In this document: positions 10,201-19,300 of the stretch, piece after piece
How positions within the stretch are numbered: position 1 is the first letter of the stretch
Layout of the letters: each line of letters starts with the position of its first letter
Assembly (NCBI GenBank): GCA_045631675.1
Contig: JAZQVF010000068.1
Coordinates: forward strand, 1-35,532
Length of the DNA: 35,532 nt
Source of the DNA: Candidatus Stercoripulliclostridium sp.
GTDB taxonomy: Bacteria > Bacillota > Clostridia > Christensenellales > DTU072
Direction of reading: 5' to 3'
Made by a program: the position numbers and the translations under genes
The notes under the pieces: generated by a model
The model's database searches: none
The model's input: the letters and a program-made list of their open reading frames with translations, nothing else
Told to the model about the DNA's origin: nothing

Positions 10201-10290
10201 AACTATTCACCCAACTATGCAAGTGATACTGAAATTATCGTAAACGGCAACTCAATTGGCAACAACACCTTTGTTGGCATACAAAAATAA
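1234..10290 (+). CDS. Giant secreted protein A (3018 aa): signal peptide, tip domain, InlB-B/Flg_new-like repeats, MBG-like modules, ~11 Ig-like repeats, three C-terminal GLUG-type modules; no C-terminal anchor
   Basis: Signal peptide (KK..K + hydrophobic stretch + AYA). AVANSGYYFLGW. Repeats with YSxDxGxxW, DxAGN and DxxxP. GxGTxxxPFxI ... FxGxxDGNG ... GGxxG modules at ~7636, ~8632 and ~9445. Ends NNTFVGIQK with no TM, LPXTG or SLH. Confidence 0.85.
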   Translation: MLAKKINLKNLSKLVFVLLIMLSVGLAFAFTSTSLNAYAMNANDTSSSTHVDALLTDYQPILDTGASITLKSHALEQADAPNPAIAEGDVEQTATIKLSGDLWEAVKSGRITARLLASGTNSYKTLQGSETTWKNASYSVSGAMSGEGKFDTTLNQETGNIVDDSYENLELASSTLLKESDGDEIKITYKGQWYATESKTGLGTNVAETDIDCQMNFTLELQFEEVRVSLSSTIGGIVKGANGEEYDLSAGAQEIVLGFEDSASFSAVANSGYYFLGWQRAGSALDQTTTVLDLGKAVSIPSYVSYVCEARFQVIEAVESASYSYSTAGQGPVVSAARYNGVYYLTHRYEGKANDGADVFTTSEGLDKITAGPIRAGDYTYTCEFFYRINNGDGTISKGEKIGSFTKDFTIERNSATIERGSDNANVVEFKLGDNLSTLDLSYVATNSADKRTRLYGTVALYLEENLVDVNKLLPVNASGVNYTFRFTPNDRDNYAVVDTPIKVIVKDKMVDNGINLLDGVRDYEITKSIVSSVDESVQNNVDTLPEGAEVVKVSLRATMLDESGEYFFIGWRIGTLQNGTYAYSYLSAGQVNRNVAGEIESIDGLNYDYYMPYYGDESISAEDKENYKTASFQAVYIRDITTQSGNVMSLYYTGAPSNRTAKFSPEPSGYQFGAGNMVYYHATDLNTGVSAIPVEIGNHKLTYTIKNTALDVVVDTRVIDYVITRAEISVQIDNVSSVGFGNYNQETGWAQKMYYNLSVPGLVSGGASKYYYSTDNGVTWVEISASIANGSGCRTSFETPDLVNDTKINSYLFMATNEEHGETMVFGETGNETTYKVVAITQNYTITKIDTVVPTIENVVEISNLNGAWTNGRIEYSALVSFGGSGAVIEVAYGSGSSSWITLESNLAYNSQDLETITSNFDATFSLLKEFSGKVRFRIHSGTAISTVYEGEFDVNVDLTTPTIPSPIANKNVNAYGWIGEETTFTYEIVDLGGSGIDRVEAINISKEGTPATITEVDGKWQIIIRDSAQYQITVYDKAGNVNGTGLQANVDTEELVYSFHEDSYVLGTWASEESAVLFNVTMGASGARVLYSVDGGDWIPVDEFTPAMPETDTQELVLGYMLPLSDNIKSYKLKIQTRAGKEALIDVGEVKFDLVAPILTVVTDLSSFQGAVWTANNVTVLFRAFDDQGTVNSGFGANSISVDNGGTVTDLGNGNYSFEIDKCTVYTITVKDIAGNVVTEEVQANVDPINIDDLELIVNAYVGGGNPENALEEPTLDDNSSINSYDFASWVTKAKAEPWVRIEFQINRFTASGVKVEYSNNGGTTWSALTTTLMPENNEVWGDGVVRTFLTTEQNRRYSFRLVTGSGRVKVYEPSISNELYVKIDFTAPTLRSESFRKVSNNSVVSLKDTWINEDAEYRIMPQDTALGSGINESSIRLMEYPIGVENEYILNGTIAGTAQPLNKVGDYFTYVMTGDKKYVLKFEDHAGNEYSSEIFISCIDKTAGFTLDMDAYAIREGVGYETLDKDIWLSADDSAKFTGTVNGLVGDKFGSSGGKMQFSIDGGNTWIDFINVNNEITSVTNVGNIFTLAFSERQQQVNEYNFRVITGAGTVYVHPTTYKVQKDNVTPVVSASINYQAGGGAYNGEWTKENLRFTISLTTGVAGGTLYYGVGEDLAQIEWTAIEELEKNGASNRTSYFVVENSSVGSYFFRFVSGKPSTEVVSENGISVKLDKTPVSVITKATAGGNDVASGSWVNEVASIYPEIASIGASGIGSVYVKVNEGAGYGEYVLLTGEYAQSLASVTESLYGYIFKVVSLSGMVGESEEFTLGFDSVVPTVQFSLSGSKLPQNNEYSSWYVSDVAINVLVSQTNSNYSVFLRKRGALEQNFSEWEKVETTFTLTDESLSGGSDYYYEFKVVTGSGIEVYVMNGESTEHYIPIDTNEYVVSVNTFVGEIQSTEERSFADIVGVGTYRRGDAVVVEIDPLDTYRIKSRVTSGYELSVDDYEDLSYSNAHVTKDNVELVIGGANVTIDVDMYKDVELTYSFLKQYLQESAVREVEFTASEEGFNSFFGEVSKKKEGFRVGVEATYTNVYGQTVDLPSEIGTYTFNLRTQEGYENFYLINAEVTLTVVYFVGNGTSTNPYEIKDITDFNYIDSYMHFEDGDEIVDSRAYLGANRRTAYFKQTSDIVLPAAFTPIAGKGEGYTNEFKGTYDGNGFEFFYPNTYAVKGDFGIFLNVNGASIINTGVRVNIRLNGVSNGNVGFLVANAENTGIRSSYAIGNVTILDSEAITFGGLIGKASLSLISFSFTDVSTTIISSNGYFGGIAGRLNGAYTANSYSVSRITLTGCERYDALAPAGTKFAYAGALVGFIENLELAGAVPGESNKSYYLDSNLGYDSSIERGLSLGNRDTFGRYGDLKHQGEDINFFASVESEASHASVTIQTGLTVQDLVRIRINEMKAQANMSGDGTEESPFIVDSREKLLYVEIFPWAVFKQTADVMLLDDETLAESVPFVGVYDGNGYSITGAKKYTDGLVGGVFGVVSGTIKNLKIVDVNLTYTEGGAIAGGAVGVLEGGSLENVIVSGTLNVLAEDSQEIVYVGGLVGVMIDGNVKDSVAILSINARGEKVVSGNLVAQIQGNATLSNVVSMSSISTHYQKKADVGAVSGAITSDKVKLNGVYYLASSTYANDKSIASPVGYNAGATTDSVLFKGYQDILNLNVANSIVADKLGGLYPFEGKGTKQDPFKIDSFETLLLVSSYMYASFELTDNIIIGDYNDDGKLDSLDGYAYDYAPIGNGAVFTGSFDGNGYSIIGLSDSLFEINAGSVTDVKLNLNYKVYASENDIPDSDKVIDAHDATKFYTASKVAGKNEERIFGAVAKVNTATGSIIRVSVSGEVYVRTSGRSKFTFGGVVGIDMGGQLAASQVSLNISAFANQIVAGGIVGEVRYSDKVLNQMATNDVITARPIELGGGLVVAGTYVGKIGVESNYSPNYASDTEIIVNGNSIGNNTFVGIQK
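3475..7070 (+). repeat. About 11 tandem ~100-aa Ig-like repeats in protein A
   Basis: Each unit opens with a Trp motif (TGWAQ, GAWTN, YGWIG, GTWAS, AVWTA, ASWVT, DTWIN, DIWLS, GEWTK, GSWVN, SSWYV) and closes near (I/V/F)DxxxP. Confidence 0.7.
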
Positions 10291-10319
10291 GAAAAGTTAA
10301 CTCATTAGAGAGGTACTAT

Positions 10320-13300
10320 ATGAAAGAGCAAAACCAAATCATCCAAATGGAAAATAACGTAGAAGTAGTGTCTAAAAAGACCAATCCTTTGCTTAAATTC
10401 CTGAAGTTTGCGCTAATAGGCGTTACGGCATTCATTGTCTTAACCGTTCTATTCGCCGTAGGGGCAGACGTCATTAACCCTACGGTAGATAGCGTTATGC
10501 ACAAAATGGGCATTACAGAAAGCATAGTTGCGGATACCTCTCCCGTTGCGCATGCTTGGACAAGCCCTGCTGTCGGCTCTGGTGGTGGCGGTGGTGGTGT
10601 AAACCTATCATCTAACCAAGACTCAAGAGCCAAAACGGTTGCACCTTTAACTAATTCAGGATACGATGCAGGCACGAGTTTGTGGCACTATGTTTATACT
10701 GTTTCAGGCGGAACCATTGATGGTAATGGTGGCTTTACAACCGGTGGTTACGCTCTTGCCGCGGTTGATTTTAAAGCAATCTATTACGTTGACATTAAGG
10801 TTACTGAAGAAATGCGTAATGCTATTAAAAACGGACAACTAAGTAGCATTAGCGTATCTTTGTATGCCGATTCTAATGGTGCAAAGGAAAACTGGTACGA
10901 AGCTGCAAGCGCAAAAGCAACCCTACAATTTTCGGCTTTTATGCTTTCTACTGCAGACTCTACTTATGAAAACAAAGATGCAAGTATAAATAATTTCCCA
11001 ACAAGTTATCATAAGAGTCATATCATTAATGACCAATGGACGGATTACGTTCCAGTTGATGACCATAAGCAATATACTGCAAACCTTTCTTTATCTTTAA
11101 CGGGAAGTGAAACCAAAATAAGATTCGGTTGGGCTTGGAAACTTACTTATGCATCAAGGTCAAGCACTCAAACAAGTCTGTATGCAAGTGCACCTACAAT
11201 TAGTACCTCTTTCAAGATTGCAAGTGGATATACTACGGGCAAAATTCAATATAAAGTCAACACCGATGGAAACCAAGGCACGAAAGGTGGCACAATTGAG
11301 CCAATCGTTGCTGGAAACTATTCTAATTTCTCAGGTGGCATTAACAATGGTTCAGTAACCCACCAAGTAGGATACGGCAAGAACGTAAGCATAGTTGCAA
11401 AACCAAACTATGGTTACTATTTTGCAGGTTGGAAGATATCTGGTGGTAATGGTGGAAGGACTATAACGTCGGGATACACTTCAAGATATCCACAAATTAA
11501 TATCCCCGGCGGTGGATACGTTAGCTCATCCACAGTAGTCGCAACTGCTTGCTTTAGAAAGATAACCACTCAAAACGTAGCAGCGTCTTTTGATGCAGGT
11601 GACGTCAACGTTGAGTGGGATTATTTGCAAGATGCAAATGGTAACGCAATAGCACAAGGTCCAAGCGTAACGGTGCCTACCATAAACGACGGTGATGAAT
11701 CTTGCTCGTTTGAAATTACGGGTGGTATTATCAACACCAACAAACTTCCTGAAAATACCACGATGAACAACATAGTTAACCCTATGTACTATAGCGTTGA
11801 CGGAAGTTTATTTAACTACCAAAGTGAAAACAAAATGCCAACTGAAGCAGGTACCTATAGAATGGTTGCCCGTATATTCGTTAAGGGCGAGACTGGTACT
11901 CCTCAAGCAGAACTTGGTTTTGTTTATCAAGATTTCAAAATCAACCCAATAAGCATAGTAAGTAACGATGAATATACCGTTACATTCGAACCTTTTGATG
12001 GAGAAACTGAAGTAATTCCATCACACGTGTTTAACAATGAATTCTACACTCCCAATCCTGAAAGATTAAGGATTAAACTTACTTTCAAAGCAGATGGTAG
12101 TGAAATTTATTACGTACTAAAGTCTGACGACTATACCAAGTTTGACAAGAATGAAGGTGGATCGTACGCAAACAATAAATATGCAACGTCATCAACTTAC
12201 GTAACGGCTCTTACCGTAAACGCAACCAATAGCGGAAAGAACAACTTTACCGGTATTAACACAGAGTGTTACTTCACGATTTTACCACGTGATATTTCCA
12301 CTCTTAACATGAAAGTAGCCTTTGCTTCAGAAATTCAAGCAAAGTACGGCGTATACGTAGCACAAGACCAAGCAGTACTTGGAAAGGGACTTTCTTACAA
12401 CGGCTATCAACATAGACCTGACGTTGTATATATTGAACTTTACGACGACAAAGGTGTTACTTATAGTCTATATCGTACGGGTGTAGGTAACGATTACGTA
12501 AAACTTTACGATGAAAACTACGTAACGGTAGGAACGGATGCAACCTATGCACCTTTGTTCCGTATCCTTAACGTTGATATTGACGAATACGGCATTACCG
12601 GTAACAATGCAGACGTTGATGCAACGAGGGCGTACTATAACAACGTAAACGCATTCACCTATAACGGCTCTAATAGTGCAAACGCACCTCGCTTTACTAT
12701 CGTAATGGACCCCGATGGCTCGGGCGACCTTGTTGGACAAAGAGATATTTACTTTAACATCGCTAAGATGGATTTAAGTGAACACGAATACACCGTTGAC
12801 AACCAAGCAGATGATGAAAAGCGCATTTATATGGGCGAACCATGGCATCACGGTGGCGATGCAAACTGGAAGATGGCAACGGAACTCGTTTTCGTAAACG
12901 TAAAGGTTGATGCAGTTTGGAAATATAACGACGGCACTTACGTAGCACAAAAGAATCCCGTAATCACCCACGTATTCGCTAATGAAAACTACTCTAAATT
13001 AGACCTATCAGTTGAGACAAACAAGAAGGCGTTTGATGAAATCGTAAGAATTAAACTTGGTGCAGACCTTGGTGACGGTAAGCAATTAGTTGACAAAAAG
13101 GCATCAAACGGCACTATAACCGGTCAAGAATACTTTACGACTTGGAGTGGCACCTTCTCAATTACGGGCTATGAAAACAACGTAAACGTTACTCGTGACG
13201 ACGACGGTAACGTAATAGCAGGTGCAAAGGTAAACGTTAAGTTTGTAGGTAACTCTGAAAGCACGGCTACCACCGCGTTTAAGATTAACCCCGTTGATTT

Positions 13301-16300
13301 AAGCAAGCCCTACAAAGATGGTGCTAAAAACGCAGGTTTCTTTGATGATGGACAAGGTGGACACCTTGATATCCTTGCTAATGAAAGTTACGACGGCACT
13401 ATCTTTATGCCAAAGCCAACGATTGCTGCTCACTTAAAGGGAGTAAGCAGTGGTACTGCGCTCAATGAAAACGTAGACTTCTTCTACACTTACGGAGATA
13501 GCAACTACGACAACGTTAACGTTGCATCGGGCGGTATAGTATACGTAGAAGGCGTTGGTAACTATACGGGAACTATTTCTATAACCTTCAACATTATTCC
13601 AATGAGAATAACTTCCGTTATAGCAAAGAGTTCTCTTGCACCTAAAGAATACGTTGGCGAAGTGCCAAACTATCAATTGGAAGCAGGTACTACGCTAACC
13701 TTTGAAATCACCTATCAAAAGGGTGCAACGGCTCCCACTAAGACCTATACCTTAACTTACGGCGTTGATTTTGAAAACTTAGGTACAAAATCCACAAACT
13801 TTGCAGTATCTACGTTAGAAAGTAAGTCAAACTTTATCCACCTTCAATTCACCGGTCTCAATCCCGATTCAGGATACGTATACGGTACTGGTGGTAACTT
13901 CTATTACGACGGAGTCGTAAAGGTATACTTCGCAATTACTGAAAGACAACTCAGTAGCATTGAAAACTCTCTTGGCAACAACGTTTATACTCAATGGTCA
14001 ACGACGGGATACACTCAAATCGTATACGACGGCACGGTAAAGCAAAATCTCTCCGTTCGTTGTTATGGACAAGGTATTGCAAGCGAATTAGAAGCAACTA
14101 TGGGTGACATAGTCGTTAAAGACGGTGCAAAGTATCTTGAATATGGAGTTGACTACGTCGTTAGTGGTTGGGGAGATCAAACCACCAACCTAAACGCAGG
14201 AAATGGTGCGATAGTTATTCTTGAAGGTAGAGGAAACTATGCAGGCACTTTGGAAGTACCGTTTACCATTCTCCAAAGAGATATATCTAATATGAACACC
14301 GACGGCATCGTGCTTGAAGGATACTCCTTTGCATATGCAGGCGTAACCATTACTCCTAACGTAAATAGCGTATCTTACGATGACGGAAGTCTTACCTTAA
14401 CCTTATCAACTAACGACTATGAAGTAAGTTATACGAATGGTAGTAGGGATAACCTAAACGTAAAGAATGGTGGTGCAGTTGTAATTACCGGTGTAGGTAA
14501 CTACAAAGGCTCAAGAGTAAGAACTTTTGATATTACTCCTATAGACCAAACGCTCACCTTTGATAGTAACGTATACGACTACAACGATATAGCACATCTT
14601 AAGGTAGAAGAAAACGAAGTTGCAAAACCCTATGCTGACTACTTTGTAAACGCAGACGGCGAATACGTAGTAACCTTGAAGGCAACTACTACGGCAGTAT
14701 CTTCCGGAAAGGCTTCCGACGTAGTATTTATGCAAACCAATGCAAACGGTTTTGAAAGCAACAAGGCAAACGTAACCATAGTTTCCACCGTTGTGGAAAA
14801 CGGCATTGCAACTACTACTGCAACCTTTAAGTTCGGTAACACTTCTTACGGCATCGTACACGTGTACGCAACGCACGTGGACGAGTACGGTAATTATAAT
14901 AGTTACGCGCGCAGTGAATATACTTTCAAGATTTACGGCAAGCGTCAAAACTCAGCACCTGGCATTGAAAGCCTATATCAAATCACGTACGGCGACACTG
15001 CCTTTACCGTATTTACCGACCTTAAGTCTGAAGCACTAATTGGTGTTAACGATTATAAACTCGTTTATGATGAGGACGTGCTTACCATTTCTAAAGTAAC
15101 GAGTTCTAATAAACCCGCATTCACCATTGATGAAAGAGCAGTATCAAGTGAAGAGGGTACGGCAGTTAAATTTGCACACGGCGACTACGTAGGCTTAACC
15201 GTAACGAACGGTGTTGTATCTAACGACGAGCGTGCATTCATAGCATTTGAAAAGACCTTTACCGTAAAGGTATTAAAGAGAGAATTACATATTAGCGTTG
15301 TAAGAAAGGAAGTGGAATTCGGCACTAAGCCTGCAGATATCACCTTTGAATATTCTTACAAGACTCCGGTTAGAGAAGGTGGCATCGTTACCGGTTGGGT
15401 AAACGGCAACGTAAACGGCGATACCTTTAACGATATCGTAGTAGGTCTTAAGACCGACTACTCACCCACGTTGCATTCAGACGTAGGCGTACACACTCTA
15501 AACGTTCTTACTACCGACCAAAACTTTATGGTAGTTTCTCAAAACTATGAAATAAGTTACGGCACGGGCGAATTTGAAATAACCAAAAAGAAACTAACCC
15601 TTTCCTTGAATGGAATAGCAGCGGGCAACCTTGATATGATTGCATTTAGCAAGTTGTACGGTGCATCTAACCCAACGGGATTAAGACTTGGTTTCGTAGG
15701 TCTTATAAATGAAACCGACTCATCTGCAGAAAGTTTCGTAGCACCTACCATTGCATTCGTTGATGAAAATGGTAATGCAATTGACGAGTTTACTACTGCA
15801 GGTACCTATACCGTAAGGACCATAGGTGGCTCTGCTCCTAACTACGAGTTCGTTCAAGGCGAATTCAGAATGGAAATTAAGCCTACGAGCGTAAGAATTG
15901 CTCTTGATTCTAAGACGGAAGATTACACCGGTTTAAGCGTAGAGCCTAATGCACCTATCATTAGTGGTATAGCAGGTGGCGTAGAGCCAATTGAAGGCTA
16001 CACCATCACTTTCAATCTTCTTGACTCTGCAGGTGCAGTAGTACCAGGTGGAGCAATGGCAACGAGCGCAGGTGGTTACAAGATTGGGGTAATCTTCACT
16101 CCTGCAACGGAAGAAAAGAACTACGTAAGAACGGAAGTTGATTTTGCAAACGCAATAGTAATCAACAAGGTAGCACCTATCATCACTTTCCAAAACTATG
16201 CAGTTGAGTATAGTGGCGATGAAATTGACGCACGTCTTATTAGACCTTCCGTTTCAGGTATTGGTGAAGAGCCTAAGGTTACTACGGTTGCAAGAAAACT

Positions 16301-19300
16301 CTTTGCATCAAGCGATCAAGCGGGAGATATAGCCTTTGATAATTGCCACATTGCAGGCAACTACGAACTATTCTTTACCGAAACGCCACCTACGAACAAG
16401 GGTAATTACGACGTAATATTCGTATATCAAGCAAATCCACAAGACAACTACACCGATTTAGTAGTACGTTTCAATAGTGCAATCACCATCACTACGGGTA
16501 TTGCAACCGTAACTCAAAGGGTAGAAAAAGTAAACGTAACCTTCAACGCAAAGGGACACTCTTTAAGTTTAGAAGAGCATTTCTTCCCCATTACTTATAA
16601 ACCAAGTGACGGCGCATCAATGAATATTGACGGCTCCAACACTCAAATTCTTTATAAGGTAGATGGTGTTTATACCACTGAATTGCCCGTAAATGCAGGT
16701 AGTTACGACGTACTCGTAAGGTTTGTTCCCGTTGCATCAGACGCAGACGTAGTAACTGAATGGGACTATGAATTTGCAGGTATGCTCGTAATTGACTACG
16801 TAGACATTTTTGATCCAAGCAGAAACTACGTAAGTCTTTCAAGAAGTCAAACCACCTACGTATACAATGGTTACGGACACCCACTTGATCCATTGACCGA
16901 CGTACAACTAAACGGAGTACCCGGCGATACGTCTAAGCCAAAGGGAACCATTAGTATTGCATACTACAAGGGTGGCAATATGTATCTTGAACCCAAAGAT
17001 GCAGGTACTTACGACGTACAAGTAACCTATACGACAGTACTTGGCGACAACTATAGACCTATCAGCAGTCAAACGAAGGTATTCAGTCAAGCAGTAGTAA
17101 TCAACAAAGCAAAGGTAACCATCAATAGCATTACCCCCGTAAGTTACGTATATAACGGTGCGGGCAAGAATGCAGACGGTGCAAGTTGCTATGGCGTTCA
17201 ATTAAAGGACGGCACCTATGAAATTCCGGAAGGAACTTTGAGTTATAAGTATAGAAAGAGTGGTACTGCAAATGAGTTTACCGCTACTTTACCAAAAGAC
17301 GTTGGCGATTACGACGTAAGAATTACTTATACGGCAGTGCTTGGTGGAAACTACTTAGATGGTACTGAAATAACTGAAACGAGACGTATTACCATTACCA
17401 AAGCAACGCCCACCATCATCATTAACGATATGGTATTCAACTATGGTGAAGAAATTGTGGTTAACTACACCGTACGTGGTGCCCAATTTGACCTTGAAGG
17501 TCCAATGAATGAAATCAAGGCAAACCCAAGTGCAGTAGTAATTAAATATGGTACTCGCTTTACTGCAGTAGGTGGTGGCACTAGTTACGAATGGTCTTTG
17601 ACGCCACCCACTAAGTCCGGTAAGTATGCTATTAGAATTGAATTTAGTCCTGCATCAAACTCCAACTATAATGCAGCAATTCAACCACAATACGACGTAC
17701 TAACCATCAAGAATATCGTTCCATCATTTGAGTTTGAGCCAAAGACCGTTGCTTACGACGGTGGTCGCCACGTTGCAAACGAAGTTAAGGTATACTACGG
17801 TGAAGGCTCAAGCAAGGTATACTACACCAAGTGGGACGGCATACAAGAAGGTGGCAACTTCTACCGTGGCACGTTGGGTTACGAATATAGAAAGAGTGGC
17901 TCAAGCGTATGGACAACGGTAGCACCAAGTGCAGTAGGCGTTTACGACGTACGCGTACGCTATTATGAAAACGGAATGAGCGACGTATTCACTTCTGCAA
18001 CGAGCGAATACCTTAGCGCACTAACCATTGAGCAATTAATAATCAACGTAATGCCTATCTATGGACAAGGCCACCTATACGACGGCGTATCCATTGACGG
18101 TGGCGCGATTGCATACGTATATAGTTATGAAAAGGACGGTTACAAGTATAACGTTTACACTCGTGCAGGCGACCTTGATAGAAAGGAAGTAATTGACTTT
18201 AGCGAGGCAGAATACGTTCAAGAAAACGGATACGTATACACCATACTAACCGATGCAAGTTTACTTAACGAGGCTTGGCTAACTTACTATGAAAAGGCGC
18301 TAAGACTTGTAAGTGGTAGTTTCATTGATGGCGAAACTTTGGTATCATTTGAATTTAGCGCACTTGGTGTAAGCGAAGGAAAGGGCGAATTTACTGCTGA
18401 AAACGGCAAGAGATACGTCGTAGACCTTGACCTAAACCTTGTATATTTAAGTGATGAAACCAACTATACATTATCTAACCAAAACGGATACTACTTCTCC
18501 ATCGTTGACGGAAAGGGTGCCGTAAACGTAATTGAGATTATTCCACAAAACGTAGTATACGGAGAAGGCTCTAACGTAGGACTATACACCGTAACGACTG
18601 CAGGAAAGCAAACGGTATATTCAGTAAACCTTGAAACGCTAACTGCAAGTGCAAACGGAGAAGTATACACCATTTATAAAAACGTAGGCATTATATCCTA
18701 CAATACCGGCTCAAGCGTTGCACAAATCAAGGTAGACTTCTCTTCCTTCTACGAAGTAACTGAAGAAGGAGTTGCAGTATACAAGAGTGCAAACGGCAAC
18801 GCATACCTAATTGACCTTAATACTTCTAACGTAGAAAAGGTAGCGGTACTAAACGTTGACACAGTAGAGTTTGAATATGCAAGTTACTATGGTGCAATTG
18901 AAACTGCAACGGTAGACGTAAGCGCACTAAGTGCAATCTATACTGCAAACGCATACGTAGGTGAGTATGAAGTTAGAGCAGACCTAAAGGTTATCATTGA
19001 CCTTGAAAGGGGCGTTGCAAGAATTCCTACTTATTACCTACTCCAAGAAGTAAGCACGGGCTTGTATAGTTTCACCAATGCTAACGGCATACCCGAAGCA
19101 TTCAGTACTGCACTACTTACCAAGACCAACAAGGTAAACGAATATATCTATAACTCAAATATGGGTGTAACCTATATCGTTGACTTCAACAAGATGATTG
19201 TTAGAGACGTAAGCACTAAGTATCTCTTTGACGGCAAAGATGCTCGTCTCTATCAAGAAATAAACGGAGAAGAAGTAGGCTTTGACGTTGACGTACGTAA

